From: an uncultured Candidatus Binatia bacterium
GTDB taxonomy: Bacteria > Desulfobacterota > Binatia > Bin18
Length of the DNA: 64,000 bases
Direction of reading: 5' to 3'
Assembly: GCA_965214605.1 (NCBI GenBank)
Contig: OZ243961.1
Location: forward strand, 640,001 to 704,000
Every line of letters starts with the position of its first letter. Within the stretch, counting starts at the first letter, position 1. Both the position numbers and the translations under genes were made by a program. Of this stretch, positions 31,431-42,246 are shown in pieces. The notes under the pieces were generated by a model, which saw only the letters and a program-made list of their open reading frames with translations, was not told the DNA's origin and ran no database searches.

Positions 31431-32317
31431 GCGTCACCTCCGTCTTTACCTGCATCAGCGGCCTGCTCGGCTAAGGGGGTCGGAGCCACCTCCACCGCCT
31501 GGGAAGCGGTGTCGGTCGGCGGCATGTCCGCTTCTTTAACGGCCACACCTTCCCCCTCGACAGCGGTCGGACTGAGATCGGTCGTGGCGGCCTCAGCCGC
31601 GTCTTTTACCTCAGCCTGCTGGCGCTCCTCAAGCCGTGCCCGACCCTCAAGAGCAGCTTCCGCCACCGCGTTGGTGAACAGCCGGATCGCCCGAATAGCG
31701 TCATCGTTGCCCGGTACTTTGTGGGTAATCGTATCGGGATCACAGTTGCTATCAACCGCAGCCACGACCGGGATCCCAAGCTTATTCGCCTCACGGACCG
31801 AAATTTCTTCTTTTTTGGTATCAACGACAAACATGGCATCCGGCAGTTTACGCATGTTCTTGATGCCACCTAGGGTAATCATCAACTTGTCGCGTTCACG
31901 GCTAATACCCAACAGTTCTTTTTTGGTCAGGGCCTCATTGATTGAAGGGGTGTCGAGCATTTCATCGAGCTTTTTCAGCCGTTCAATGGACTTCTTGATC
32001 GTCTGAAAATTGGTCAACATCCCACCCGGCCAGCGGTTGTTGACATAGTACATGCCACACCGCTCGGCCTCTTCCTGCACGACGTCTTGGGCCTGCTTTT
32101 TCGTGCCAACAAACAGAATATAGCCGCCGTCGGCGACTAACTCTGAGATAAAACTCGTTACCTCCCGCAGCATGCCGACGGTCTGTTGTAAATCGATGAT
32201 GTGAATCCCATTGCGAGCACCAAAAATATAGGGCTTCATCTTTGGATTCCAGCGGCTGGTCTGATGGCCAAAGTGGACCCCAGCCTCAAGCAGTTGCTTG
32301 ATTGTGATATCGATCAT
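31427..32317 (-). CDS. rpsB: 30S ribosomal protein S2
   Basis: [30 protein letters not shown]. Confidence 0.98.
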   Translation of the reverse strand: MIDITIKQLLEAGVHFGHQTSRWNPKMKPYIFGARNGIHIIDLQQTVGMLREVTSFISELVADGGYILFVGTKKQAQDVVQEEAERCGMYYVNNRWPGGMLTNFQTIKKSIERLKKLDEMLDTPSINEALTKKELLGISRERDKLMITLGGIKNMRKLPDAMFVVDTKKEEISVREANKLGIPVVAAVDSNCDPDTITHKVPGNDDAIRAIRLFTNAVAEAALEGRARLEERQQAEVKDAAEAATTDLSPTAVEGEGVAVKEADMPPTDTASQAVEVAPTPLAEQAADAGKDGGDA

Positions 32318-32470
32318 AAATCTTACCTTTCTCTACTGGTAGCGACCTACTCTCGTGCTCTGCGGTGCGAGAGTTGTAGCAAATGGGGGGGGGATTTGCA
32401 ACGCGTTTGGTGAGCCTGTGAGGGCGGAAAATCGCTCGCTAGACAGGCCCCCTTAACACCGCGCGCAGGG

Positions 32471-33799
32471 CTACTGGTTCATCGATTCCAAGAATTCAAC
32501 GTTATCCTTCGTGCCCTCCATCTTATCCATCAGAAATTCCATGGCCTCGACAGTATTGAGCTGAGAGAGCAGCTTGCGCAGAATCCAAATCCGGTTCAAC
32601 ACCTCTTTGCTCAGCAGCAGTTCCTCTTTGCGGGTACCAGACCGATTGATATCGACCGCGGGAAAAATTCGCTTATCCATCAGGCGTCGGTCTAGGTGGA
32701 TTTCCATATTCCCCGTGCCCTTAAATTCTTCAAAGATGACCTCATCCATACGGCTGCCGGTATCAATAAGAGCAGTGCCCAGAATGGTGAGGCTGCCGCC
32801 GTCTTCGATGTTCCGAGCCGCGCCGAAAAATTTCTTGGGACCGCGCAGGGCGTTGGCATCCACTCCACCCGACAGCAGCTTGCCGCTCGGCGGAACGACT
32901 GAGTTATATGCCCGGGCTAAACGGGTGATGCTATCTAGCAGGATCACAACGTCTTTGCCGTGCTCAACCAGACGCTTGGCCTTCTCAATCACCATCTCAG
33001 CGACCTGGACGTGGCGGGTGGCCGGCTCATCAAACGTAGAGCTGACGACCTCAGCGTGGACAGAGCGCTGCATATCGGTTACCTCTTCTGGCCGTTCATC
33101 GATCAACAGTACGATGAGGATGACTTCTTTTTGATTGTTGACAATGCCCTGGGCGATATTCTGCAGCATCATCGTCTTCCCGGTGCGCGGGGCGGCAACG
33201 ATTAAACCGCGTTGCCCTTTGCCAATCGGTGTCAGCAGATCAATAATCCGTCCGGTATAGGCTTCTGGGTCGTATTCGAGCCGCAGTGGCTCTTCGGGGT
33301 AGAGCGGCGTCAAATTATCAAACAGGATTTTTTCACGCGCCCGTTCCGGCTCCTCATAATTGATCACCTCAACCTTGAGCAGGGCAAAGTAGCGCTCACC
33401 CTCTTTGGGCGGACGAATCTGTCCGGAGACAACATCCCCGGTGCGCAAATTAAAACGCCGAATCTGACTCGGAGAGACATAGATATCATCAGGTCCGGGC
33501 AGATAGTTGTAATCCGGTGAACGCAAGAAGCCAAATCCGTCAGACAGAATTTCAAGTACTCCCTCACCGTAGATATAACCGCTCTGCTCAGCCTGAGCCT
33601 GCAGAATGGAGAAGATGAGGTCTTGCTTGCGTAAGCCCGACGTCCCGTCGACGTTGAACCCACGCGCAATTCTGGCGAGCTCGCTGATCTTCTTTTCCTT
33701 GAGCGTCTTCAGATTCAGCCCGCCATCCTCATCACCAACCTCGATGCGGAGATCACGGGGCTCTTCCACTTCTTGCTGCCGAGCGGCCGACCGAGCCAT
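32471..33799 (-). CDS. rho: Transcription termination factor Rho
   Basis: [36 protein letters not shown]; GGAGG RBS before ATG 33799. Confidence 0.98.
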   Translation of the reverse strand: MARSAARQQEVEEPRDLRIEVGDEDGGLNLKTLKEKKISELARIARGFNVDGTSGLRKQDLIFSILQAQAEQSGYIYGEGVLEILSDGFGFLRSPDYNYLPGPDDIYVSPSQIRRFNLRTGDVVSGQIRPPKEGERYFALLKVEVINYEEPERAREKILFDNLTPLYPEEPLRLEYDPEAYTGRIIDLLTPIGKGQRGLIVAAPRTGKTMMLQNIAQGIVNNQKEVILIVLLIDERPEEVTDMQRSVHAEVVSSTFDEPATRHVQVAEMVIEKAKRLVEHGKDVVILLDSITRLARAYNSVVPPSGKLLSGGVDANALRGPKKFFGAARNIEDGGSLTILGTALIDTGSRMDEVIFEEFKGTGNMEIHLDRRLMDKRIFPAVDINRSGTRKEELLLSKEVLNRIWILRKLLSQLNTVEAMEFLMDKMEGTKDNVEFLESMNQ

Positions 33800-34007
33800 G
33801 AAATCCTCCCTTACTATGTACAGTTTACGACGTGTGAATTGTGTCAATCTGGGAAACTACCCTCCCCCTTAGCGGGCCGTGAGAGATCCGCCGGGCGGAC
33901 AGGAGCTGTGTGTGACATGCGGAAAAATTCTCAACCGGGTGGGATGAGGGAATCGGTGGGCAGAGTTTTTCTGCCTTGTGTATCTGGAATGTATAAGAGT
34001 AGCCTCT

Positions 34008-34036
34008 ACCCTAGTTGATTTTCAGCGCTGTGTCAA
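34008..34036 (-). promoter_or_regulatory. Putative sigma70 promoter of rho
   Basis: Minus strand TTGACA-N17-TAGGGT. Confidence 0.55.
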
Positions 34037-35046
34037 TTCAAACTGGCCTTGCGGGCGTGGGTGTCTGACACGCCTATCGCATGCAGCAAGGCCCGCATAT
34101 CCGGCGGATAGGGGGCGTGGATCGTCATCGTCCTGTCCCGCACTGGATGGTAAAATCGAATCGCTTCGGCGTGCAAAGCTTGGCGCGGAAAGGTCTGCGC
34201 AATCGCCGGCACTCCGCGGAGTCTGGAGTGAGCCGGACCATACACCTGGTCGCCGATGAGCGGATGACCAAGAGCCGCCATATGCACCCGCAGCTGGTGG
34301 GTTCGACCCGTTTCGGGAAACAAGTGGACAAAGGACAGCCCCTCTGCCTCGACCACGACCTGATAGTGGCTCAGCGCGGATCGGCTGTGGCGGGCGTGTA
34401 TAGACATCCTCTTCCGGTCGGTTGGATGGCGCCCAATCGGCAGCTCAACCCGCCCAGTTGGCGCCCGAAAATGTCCGACTGCAACGGCTCCGTAGGTTTT
34501 GTGGATTTGACGCGTCTGGAACTGCCAAGCGAGTCGCTTGGCACTGATTTCGTCCTTGGCCACCAACAAGACCCCCGAGGTGTCTTTGTCCAAACGATGG
34601 AGAATACCCGGACGGAGCGAAGAGCCAGAATCGGTCCAGCCCCAGCGGAACAACAGGGCGTTGACGACCGTTCCATGCCACTGTCCGGGCGCGGGGTGTA
34701 CGACCATAGCCGGAGGTTTGTTGATGGCCAGGATGACCTCATCCTCGTACAAGACGTCCAGATGAATAGCCTGTGGGGTCGCCTTGGTTGGCGCTGCGGG
34801 CAAGGGAGCAACACGTAGGCTGTCGTCCACCCGGACGCAATAGCCGGCCTTTTTTACCTCGCCGTTGACCACTACACGGGCCTGGTCAATCAACACCTTG
34901 GCCTGCGAACGGCTGGCATTGAGGACGCTGGCGACGACCCGGTCTAGACGCTGGCCGCCGTGCTCTGCCGAAACGACAAACCGGCGAGTTGACTCGGCGG
35001 TGCTGCCCTGTCCTTTGTGTTTTTGCAGTGATTCTTGTTCAGCCAT
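34033..35046 (-). CDS. rluD: RluA-family 23S rRNA pseudouridine synthase with S4 domain (RluD-like)
   Basis: RLDR S4 domain, NKP..MVVHP, HRLDKDTSG, TGRTHQLRVH. Confidence 0.9.
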   Translation of the reverse strand: MAEQESLQKHKGQGSTAESTRRFVVSAEHGGQRLDRVVASVLNASRSQAKVLIDQARVVVNGEVKKAGYCVRVDDSLRVAPLPAAPTKATPQAIHLDVLYEDEVILAINKPPAMVVHPAPGQWHGTVVNALLFRWGWTDSGSSLRPGILHRLDKDTSGVLLVAKDEISAKRLAWQFQTRQIHKTYGAVAVGHFRAPTGRVELPIGRHPTDRKRMSIHARHSRSALSHYQVVVEAEGLSFVHLFPETGRTHQLRVHMAALGHPLIGDQVYGPAHSRLRGVPAIAQTFPRQALHAEAIRFYHPVRDRTMTIHAPYPPDMRALLHAIGVSDTHARKASLN

Positions 35047-35064
35047 GCGCCCGCCGACAACTCC

Positions 35065-35988
35065 TCACTGGCTTAAGAGGGCACGCGCACGCTCGACATC
35101 CTCTTGAATTTGGTCGACCAGGTTTTGCACGGAGGGAAACTTTCGTTCTCCCCGCAGCCTGGCAACAAACCCGACTCGCAGCCGTTGGCCGTAGATATCC
35201 GCCGAAAAATCGAAAATATGGGCTTCAATCGTCCGTTTATTTTGGCCAAAAGTGGGATTGATCCCGACATTGGCCACACCAGCCAGTTGGGTCTGCCGTC
35301 CGAGATCAACCCGCACGGCATAGACGCCGTTGGGCAGCAGCATATCAGTCTGGGGCCGCAGATTTGCGGTCGGAAAACCAATCGTGCGCCCGCGCTGAAA
35401 GCCCTTTTGGACGCGGCCGCTGACGGTGTAAAGTCGATTCAAGAGTATAGTGGCCCTCTCCAGGTCTCCTCCACTTAGGAGCGACCGAATAGCAGAACTG
35501 CTCACCTCTCTATCCAGCATCCAGACTGGTCCGACAACCTCAACCTCAAAGCCGTAGCGCTGGCCCAACTGCTCAAGCGCCTCAGCGCTGCCAGTGCGCT
35601 CCCGACCAAAGCTAAAGTTATGGCCGATGATGATTTTTTCTGCGCCTATAGCCTGGACCAGATATTGGTGAACAAACTCCTCTGGACTGAGACGAGAAAA
35701 GGCGTGCGAAAAACGCTGTAGCACCACCCGGTGCACTCCCTGCTGGGCCAGGTGGTCTACTTTCTCCCGCAGACTCAGAATCAGCGATAGTGGTCTGTCA
35801 GGCTGTAGGACCAAAAGTGGGTGAGGATGAAAAGTGACGACAAGCGCCGTTCCCTGACGCCGTTCAGCCTCCTGGACAAGGCGCCGCAAAATCGTTTGGT
35901 GGCCAAGATGGACCCCGTCAAAGTTGCCTAAGCTGACGACCGGGTGGGACAGACGGGGATAATTCAGGATATGCCGGATGATCTCCAT
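35065..35988 (-). CDS. ribF: Riboflavin kinase / FAD synthetase
   Basis: GNFDGVHLGH, SSSAIR, GFPTAN, EAHIFDF. Confidence 0.97.
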   Translation of the reverse strand: MEIIRHILNYPRLSHPVVSLGNFDGVHLGHQTILRRLVQEAERRQGTALVVTFHPHPLLVLQPDRPLSLILSLREKVDHLAQQGVHRVVLQRFSHAFSRLSPEEFVHQYLVQAIGAEKIIIGHNFSFGRERTGSAEALEQLGQRYGFEVEVVGPVWMLDREVSSSAIRSLLSGGDLERATILLNRLYTVSGRVQKGFQRGRTIGFPTANLRPQTDMLLPNGVYAVRVDLGRQTQLAGVANVGINPTFGQNKRTIEAHIFDFSADIYGQRLRVGFVARLRGERKFPSVQNLVDQIQEDVERARALLSQ

Positions 35989-36022
35989 AGATGCTCGGTC
36001 AGACGGTTGCGAGAAGACGACC

Positions 36023-36799
36023 TTAGGGTTCCAGGAACTGGAGGAGAGACTCCGCTTTAGGGATGACCGCAGAGCCGGGATAGTCGTCTATCACCTTGCG
36101 CAGAATCAGGCGGGTAGACCGACGATCTCCAATTTCAAGGAAGGCTTCGGCTTGGCGAACAAACGCATCCGGCCGCCTATCGCCCTTCCCGTACTGTAAA
36201 ATAACGTCGTTCAGAGCCAGAATCGCTCGACTATAATCTTGTTGAATAAAATAAATCTCGCCAATCCAGTACAGGGCATCGTCGGCCATTTCCGAGGCGG
36301 GATAGGTGCGTTGAAAAGTTCGGAATTGCTGGAGCGCCCGCTCATAGTCTTCGTCCCGCAGCAGCTTAAGGGCCAGGGCGTACTCCTGCTGTTCACGGAG
36401 CATCTGGGGCGACGGTTCAACCTTATGGGCCGGAACGGGTTGAGTGAGGGGGTCAGACGGAAATTCCTGGTCAGATACTGGCGGGAGAGGATCGGCGGAC
36501 GCCTTATCCTGGCGAAGCGGCGGAGCGGGGCGCTGCTCCAATTTGGCAATACGCGCCTCTAAGTCCTGGACCTCCGGCACCGTACGCTCGCGGGCGACGC
36601 GCTCAAGACGGTGCCGGACTGTTTCGACTTCCCCCCTCAGCTCGGCCATCTCACGGCGTACATCGGCAAGCGAGGCTTCCACATTGGCAATGTCGGTCCG
36701 CAGAGCTTGGGTGCCCTGTTGAGTACGCTGCACCTCATGCTGTGTTGCGCAAGCGCCCAATAACGACAACAGCACGGCAGAAAATCTGAGCACGTTCAC
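36023..36799 (-). CDS. cpoB: Tol-Pal system protein CpoB/YbgF
   Basis: Lipobox LGAC, coiled coil, C-terminal TPR (ALYWIGE); follows pal. Confidence 0.88.
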   Translation of the reverse strand: MNVLRFSAVLLSLLGACATQHEVQRTQQGTQALRTDIANVEASLADVRREMAELRGEVETVRHRLERVARERTVPEVQDLEARIAKLEQRPAPPLRQDKASADPLPPVSDQEFPSDPLTQPVPAHKVEPSPQMLREQQEYALALKLLRDEDYERALQQFRTFQRTYPASEMADDALYWIGEIYFIQQDYSRAILALNDVILQYGKGDRRPDAFVRQAEAFLEIGDRRSTRLILRKVIDDYPGSAVIPKAESLLQFLEP

Positions 36800-36802
36800 A
36801 AG

Positions 36803-37372
36803 TCACCGGCTAAGAATGAGAAGGTGAGCCCGACGGTTTTGCTGCCAGCACCCCTCTGAGTCCTCAGGGCACAAGGGAAATTCCTCCCCATAGCTAATGG
36901 TCGATAGCCGCTCCGAGGCAATCCCTAGAGAGACAAGATAATCAGAGACGGACCGAGCCCGCTCCGCCCCAAGGGCAAGGTTGTATTCCACGGTGCCCCG
37001 ATTGTCACAGTGACCCTCAATTTCAACCTTTGCGGCGGGGTTGTTGAGGAGCCAGTCAGCATTCGCCTGCAGGATTGCTCGGGCGGCCGGTGAGAGGTCA
37101 AAAGCATCATAGCCAAAGGGAATGTCCTGCAAATCGCCACCGGTCTGGGAGCCTTCCAGAATAAGCTTTTCTGTCCGCACGCCGGGATCGGTCAGTGTGT
37201 CATCCTGGGATGCGCTTCCCCGGTCAAATCCAGGCGGCTGAGGGAAAGGCTCGGGGATATCCGGGGGGGGGGTGGGCAGTCGAGGGGACGGTTGGAGTGG
37301 ACAAGCGCTAAGAAACACCGAAACAAGCATGCTACAACCTACCCACCCACACCACCGAAAGAGGCTCTGCAT
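36803..37372 (-). CDS. pal: Peptidoglycan-associated lipoprotein
   Basis: LSAC lipobox; IEGHCDNRGT.EYNLALG.ERA, SYGEE, NRR. Confidence 0.95.
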   Translation of the reverse strand: MQSLFRWCGWVGCSMLVSVFLSACPLQPSPRLPTPPPDIPEPFPQPPGFDRGSASQDDTLTDPGVRTEKLILEGSQTGGDLQDIPFGYDAFDLSPAARAILQANADWLLNNPAAKVEIEGHCDNRGTVEYNLALGAERARSVSDYLVSLGIASERLSTISYGEEFPLCPEDSEGCWQQNRRAHLLILSR

Positions 37373-37424
37373 CGTTTTGCTCAGTCCTTATCATTTATCG
37401 CCCAATGGCATTGATCTGGTCCAC

Positions 37425-38753
37425 TCATTGTAGACGGGCTGACCACGTTGGACTACTATCATCTCCCCCTCCCCTCGTCAATTGTTTGACGCTACGGCCA
37501 TCCTGGCTGGCCACCCACAGACGGCCCTCTGAACTAAACACCAAATAGCGCCCATCCGGTGACCAGGAGGGGTCCTCCCCGGCCACAACAGTCCTTGTTT
37601 GGCCAGAGTCGATATCAACGATTTTAATATCTACTTCGCGCGATTGGCTCGTATAGGCAATCCGTCCACCTTTGGGTGACCAGGTCGGCGAGGTATTGTA
37701 CGTGCCTGAAAAAGTCACCCGTTGGATCTCTCCCGAGGCGAGATCCAGGACATAAATTTGCGGCCCACCGCTCCGATTTGAACAAAAGGCTAGCCGACGC
37801 CCGTCCGGTGACCAGGCGGGCGAGACATCAATACCAGCATTGGTCGTCAGGCGACGGAGCAAACGTCCCTGGGGGGAGAGCAGGAAAAGATCAATATTAC
37901 CGCCCGTCTCTCCACTCACCGCAATCATCTGGCCGTCAGGCGACCACTGTCCGCTGTAGCCAACGGTTTTCGACAGCTGCCATTCCCTGCCGCTCTGCAG
38001 TTCAAACCGGAACGGATAGGGGCCGCCCCTCTTATAGGAAATATAAAACAGCTCGGTTGCTCCGGGACTCCAGTTCGGCCCTAGGATGAGAGTTTTTGCA
38101 TGGGTCGCCTGCTCGACCTTGCCGCCGGTTAAATCGGTGACATAGACCTCTTTGGCCCGCCCACCGGTCCGGTTGGAAACAAACGCGATCTTGGAGTTAA
38201 ACGGCCCTTCTTCGCCGGTTAAGAGCAACATCATGTGATCGGCAAAACGATGCGCCATACTGCGCAGATCTTCTCGCCGACCACGGTAGCGTTTGCCTCC
38301 CAGGAAGCGACGCTGGGCAACATCGAACAGGCGCGCTTCAACAGTCAAACGGTCTCCTTCAAGCCGCACTCCGCCCTTCATCAGGACTAGGGCGCCCAGC
38401 ACGGACCAGTGTTCAAAATCAATATCGGCCGCCATCATGCCCTCCGGCCCCTCAATGTATGCCGCGCGGTCAATAACACCGAATAGACCAGACAGGTCGA
38501 GGTCACGGGCGATGATATCGGAGAAGGTCAATCCCAGGCTCTGCTGATCGGAGCCTGGCGACTGATGGGCCAAGGGCGAGAGTGCAATGGGCAGCCCCGC
38601 CCTGCCCGGTTCGGGTACGGTGATTTCGATTTGAGCCCAAATCGGGCGGCACACTCCAAGCACGAGCACCAGGGTCAGGGCCCCGAAGCGACAGGGCCGC
38701 ATCAGCCGGAGTAGCCACGCACGCTGAATATTTCCTCGCCAGTTTCTCATCAC
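37425..38753 (-). CDS. tolB: Tol-Pal beta-propeller protein TolB
   Basis: AHRFAD, repeated P.WSPDG (PD40) units. Confidence 0.93.
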   Translation of the reverse strand: MMRNWRGNIQRAWLLRLMRPCRFGALTLVLVLGVCRPIWAQIEITVPEPGRAGLPIALSPLAHQSPGSDQQSLGLTFSDIIARDLDLSGLFGVIDRAAYIEGPEGMMAADIDFEHWSVLGALVLMKGGVRLEGDRLTVEARLFDVAQRRFLGGKRYRGRREDLRSMAHRFADHMMLLLTGEEGPFNSKIAFVSNRTGGRAKEVYVTDLTGGKVEQATHAKTLILGPNWSPGATELFYISYKRGGPYPFRFELQSGREWQLSKTVGYSGQWSPDGQMIAVSGETGGNIDLFLLSPQGRLLRRLTTNAGIDVSPAWSPDGRRLAFCSNRSGGPQIYVLDLASGEIQRVTFSGTYNTSPTWSPKGGRIAYTSQSREVDIKIVDIDSGQTRTVVAGEDPSWSPDGRYLVFSSEGRLWVASQDGRSVKQLTRGGGDDSSPTWSARLQ

Positions 38754-38807
38754 AGTGCTCAGTTGGCTATCTACGTCTCGGCCTCCTCATGGTTCTTCAG
38801 ACACGAC

Positions 38808-39737
38808 TCATTCGCCAAAAGCGACTTGGACCTTCTGGGAAAGAAATTCGTGCAGATGGTTACGGGGAGGGGGGGGAAGCGGATTGGCATGGTGAACAGC
38901 GCGTAGAGCAGACTGATCAAAAGACGCGTTGCCGGACGAGCGGATCAACTCAATATTTATGATTCCGCCGTCAGGCTTGATGGCGAACTGGACCACAGCG
39001 GTTAAACCGGTCTGTTCATGGGTCACAATCCAACTATCCCTGACTCGTTGCTGAACCTGGGCGGTATACATCATAAAAGCCATCGCCCGGCGGCCATTTC
39101 CACCCCCAGAGCTACCACCAGACCTGTATCCGCCCGCCGGACGAGCGGGTGGTTTGGTCGGTTTCACGTTCTGGCGCACCCGGTCAAGAGCCTTGGCCAG
39201 GTGTCGCTCATTACGACGATCTTGATCAGACGTTGAGAGCTGCGGACGGGTCGTTTTGGCGACCGATTTTTTGGACGTTCGAAGCGGTTTGGCAGGCCGT
39301 TGCCTCGGTGGTTTTTTGGCCGTCTGTTTCGCTTGGCGCGACGTTTTTTTGGGCTTCTTGGTGGTGACTTTTTTCCGGGTCTTTGGTTTTTTGTCGCGCA
39401 GCTTCACCCGCTCTTTTTTGGGGACGGTTGGGGGGGGCTTTTTTGCCGCCGGCTTCGGCTGCTCGGCCGCGGCTTGCGCTTTGGGGAGCTTTTGGTTCTG
39501 GCCAGACGGTGCGGGGGGAGGCGCCGGCCGGCTGCCTCGGGACGGAACAAACGCAGACGGAGCAACCAGGGAAACAATATAGGGAGCAGGCGTCGCGGGC
39601 CGGGCCGGACTATGGACCCCAGCCATAACTAGACCGACAATAGCCCCAGCGTGCAGAGCGACGGACAGAATGAGCATACGACCGAAGCCCATGTTGGCTC
39701 TGTTGAACTGTTTTTTTTGTCGAAGCTGGTAAGCCAT
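38808..39737 (-). CDS. tolA: TolA/TonB-family energy transducer
   Basis: N-terminal TM with S..LH, Lys/Pro-rich linker, SSGN..FD.SALRAV...PLPPPP; tol operon position. Confidence 0.85.
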   Translation of the reverse strand: MAYQLRQKKQFNRANMGFGRMLILSVALHAGAIVGLVMAGVHSPARPATPAPYIVSLVAPSAFVPSRGSRPAPPPAPSGQNQKLPKAQAAAEQPKPAAKKPPPTVPKKERVKLRDKKPKTRKKVTTKKPKKTSRQAKQTAKKPPRQRPAKPLRTSKKSVAKTTRPQLSTSDQDRRNERHLAKALDRVRQNVKPTKPPARPAGGYRSGGSSGGGNGRRAMAFMMYTAQVQQRVRDSWIVTHEQTGLTAVVQFAIKPDGGIINIELIRSSGNASFDQSALRAVHHANPLPPPPRNHLHEFLSQKVQVAFGE

Positions 39738-39772
39738 AGCTAGCTGAGCGTATCGCTAGAGACAGAACGCGC

Positions 39773-40216
39773 TCACTTCCCTTTCGTCTTCCGGGACTGT
39801 TCTGCCCGCGCCGCGACCGGGGGTTCGGTCACCATACCCAACCTGACAACTCCGGCCTTCCGCACCGCGGCCATGATTTCCATAACAGTCCCGTACATAA
39901 CGTTTTTATCGGCGTGCAGATACACAGTCCGATCAGGACGGGTCTGGACGATGCTCGCCAGGGTCGTCTGTAACGCCTCTAACTCGAGCCGGGCCGCATT
40001 CAAATACACTCCTCCTTCGCGGTCGACGGACACCACCAGTTGATCCTCCTGGCTAGCCATCGGGCCAGCTTCCACCTGGGGCAACTCAACGCCGAGACCT
40101 TGCTGAAGTATCGGCGCGGTGACCATAAAGATGACCAGCAACACCAACATCACATCTACCAGAGGAGTCACATTAATCTGCGACAGACTGCTATCGCCTA
40201 GTTCATCAAACGCCAT
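39773..40216 (-). CDS. tolR: TolR
   Basis: INVTPLVDVMLVLLVIFMVTAP. Confidence 0.93.
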   Translation of the reverse strand: MAFDELGDSSLSQINVTPLVDVMLVLLVIFMVTAPILQQGLGVELPQVEAGPMASQEDQLVVSVDREGGVYLNAARLELEALQTTLASIVQTRPDRTVYLHADKNVMYGTVMEIMAAVRKAGVVRLGMVTEPPVAARAEQSRKTKGK

Positions 40217-40261
40217 CGTCCGTCTCCTCGTTCCGCATGCGTAAAATCCAACCCCGCCGGG

Positions 40262-41026
40262 CTACAGAAAATGACGCTCGGCAATATTCAGAAACTCGGC
40301 CAAAAAATTCTCCATCCCCAAAGATGCCAGCCGAACCTGCCGACTCAAGTGATTATACGCCACTACCGACGGAATCGCTGCGGCCAGACCAATGGCCGTG
40401 GCAATCAGAGCCTCGGCAATGCCCGGCGCGACCGCCTGAATCGTTGAGCTGGTTGTCGTGCTCAGCCCTAGGAAGGCGTTCATAATCCCCCACACGGTTC
40501 CAAACAGACCAATGAAAGGGGCAGTGCTGGCGGTGGTAGCCAAAAAGGTCAGGCCACTCTCTAGTCGGGTCAGCTGTTCTCGGGCGGCCCGTCGCATCGC
40601 CCGCTCGACGTTCTCAACACCTCCCTCGTCAATGTCTTCAAATAAATTCGGCTTGTGGGCGGGGTCTTGGGACTGGTTGCGCGTACGGGTAATCCGCATC
40701 AGCTCTTGATAGCCAGCCCGGAAGATCTGGGCGGTCGAGCTGTCTTTCATCTCCAGGCTCGCGGTGTGGATGGAAGACAAATTTTTCGTCTCCCAAAACA
40801 CCACCGTAAACTGCTCAGACTCGCGTCGGGTTCTGCGCAGCTGGCGAAATTTGAAGAAGACAATTGCCCAACTGATAATGGAGAACAGTACCAATAAGTA
40901 TAACACGGACTGGACGACCGGGCCGGAGCCGGTGACCATTTCGAGTATATTTGGTTGAGAAAGTGTCTGCTGGGCGGCTGGACCCAAAAGCGAATCTTCC
41001 ATCCTAATTCCCCACCTCCCCCTCAT
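40262..41026 (-). CDS. tolQ: TolQ (probable start 41002)
   Basis: PFIGLFGTVWGIM, VAPGIAEALIATAIGL. Confidence 0.95.
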   Translation of the reverse strand: MRGRWGIRMEDSLLGPAAQQTLSQPNILEMVTGSGPVVQSVLYLLVLFSIISWAIVFFKFRQLRRTRRESEQFTVVFWETKNLSSIHTASLEMKDSSTAQIFRAGYQELMRITRTRNQSQDPAHKPNLFEDIDEGGVENVERAMRRAAREQLTRLESGLTFLATTASTAPFIGLFGTVWGIMNAFLGLSTTTSSTIQAVAPGIAEALIATAIGLAAAIPSVVAYNHLSRQVRLASLGMENFLAEFLNIAERHFL

Positions 41027-41233
41027 CAGGGAGCTGTCCGGCTCCGCTCCACGGGCGGCTGTGGCTCTGGACGGCTCCTTCCCGCGATGTGTATTCTACC
41101 CCAGACGCCGCCCCCACGCTATTCCCCGCCACTCCCCCAGGGTATCTCCACAGCGCCTTCCCTTGACGGATTTTCCTGCTTAGGGAAAGATGGAGCAAGT
41201 AGGGGGGCAACTTTTTATCAGAGGTGAGAGGAT

Positions 41234-42241
41234 ATGGCTGTACGCATAGGATTAAATGGATTTGGACGGATCGGACGGAACTTATTGCGGGCCAGTCTCA
41301 ACGAGCCCGGGCTCGCATTTGTGGCTATCAACGACATTACTGACGCCGAGACACTGGCCCATTTATTGCGCTACGACTCGGTGCACGGTCGTCTTGACGC
41401 CGATGTTGAGACCGAACAAGACGCCCTGGTTGTCAACGGCAAGCGCATTCAGGTTAGCCAAGAACGTAATCCAGGCAACTTGCCCTGGAAGACGCTCGGG
41501 GTTGATGTGGCGCTTGAATGCACCGGGCTGTTTACCGACCGGGAAAAGGCCGCCCTGCATTTGTCCGCCGGAGCAAAAAAAGTGATTATTTCAGCTCCGG
41601 CCAAAGGGGCGGATTTAACCCTCTGTTACGGGGTCAATCATACCAGCTACGACCCGGCCTCGCACCATATCATTTCTAACGCGTCGTGCACCACGAATTG
41701 CCTCTCTCCGGTCGCTAAGGTTTTACACGAAACGTTTGGTGTCAAACGGGGACTGATGACGACCGTCCACGCTTACACCAACGACCAACGTATTCTTGAT
41801 CTACCCCACTCCGATATTCGGCGCGCGCGTGCGGCCGCCCAATCCATGATCCCAACCTCAACCGGAGCTGCCCGCGCGGTCGGTGAGGTTCTGCCCGAGC
41901 TCAAAGGCAAGCTTGACGGCATGGCCGTTCGGGTCCCAACCGCGAATGTGTCGGTTGTTGATCTCGTCGCTGAACTCGACAAGCCGGCCACTCCCGAAGA
42001 GGTCAATCAGGCCATGCAGAGGGCAGCTGAAGGGCCTCTCAAAGGGATCTTACAATACTGTCAAGAGGAACTGGTTTCGGTCGATTTTAACGGCAATCCA
42101 CACTCGTCGATTTTCGACGCCGCCCTGACCAAAGTGATGGACAACAATTTCGTCAAAATCTTATCCTGGTACGATAACGAGTGGGGCTTCTCTAACCGGA
42201 TGCGGGACGTCTCGCTCTACATTGGCAAAAGCCTGAGTTAA
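41234..42241 (+). CDS. gap: Glyceraldehyde-3-phosphate dehydrogenase, type I
   Basis: NGFGRIGR, SNASCTTNCL, WYDNEWG. Confidence 0.98.
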   Translation: MAVRIGLNGFGRIGRNLLRASLNEPGLAFVAINDITDAETLAHLLRYDSVHGRLDADVETEQDALVVNGKRIQVSQERNPGNLPWKTLGVDVALECTGLFTDREKAALHLSAGAKKVIISAPAKGADLTLCYGVNHTSYDPASHHIISNASCTTNCLSPVAKVLHETFGVKRGLMTTVHAYTNDQRILDLPHSDIRRARAAAQSMIPTSTGAARAVGEVLPELKGKLDGMAVRVPTANVSVVDLVAELDKPATPEEVNQAMQRAAEGPLKGILQYCQEELVSVDFNGNPHSSIFDAALTKVMDNNFVKILSWYDNEWGFSNRMRDVSLYIGKSLS

Positions 42242-42246
42242 CACCT

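Noticed and set aside
31092-32006. Long antisense ORFs (for example 31092-32006, 19981-20832, 34081-34818, 29572-30210)
   Set aside because: They are shadow frames opposite well-supported genes and have no motifs.
37263-37272. G10 run in pal and similar runs in tolA as phase-variation tracts
   Set aside because: They encode poly-Pro stretches in core envelope genes, where switching is unlikely.
41030-41078. Nested hairpin between tolQ and gap as an ncRNA
   Set aside because: GC-rich stems (GGAGCTGTCC/GGACGGCTCC) match no family I recognise and are plausible by chance at this GC content.
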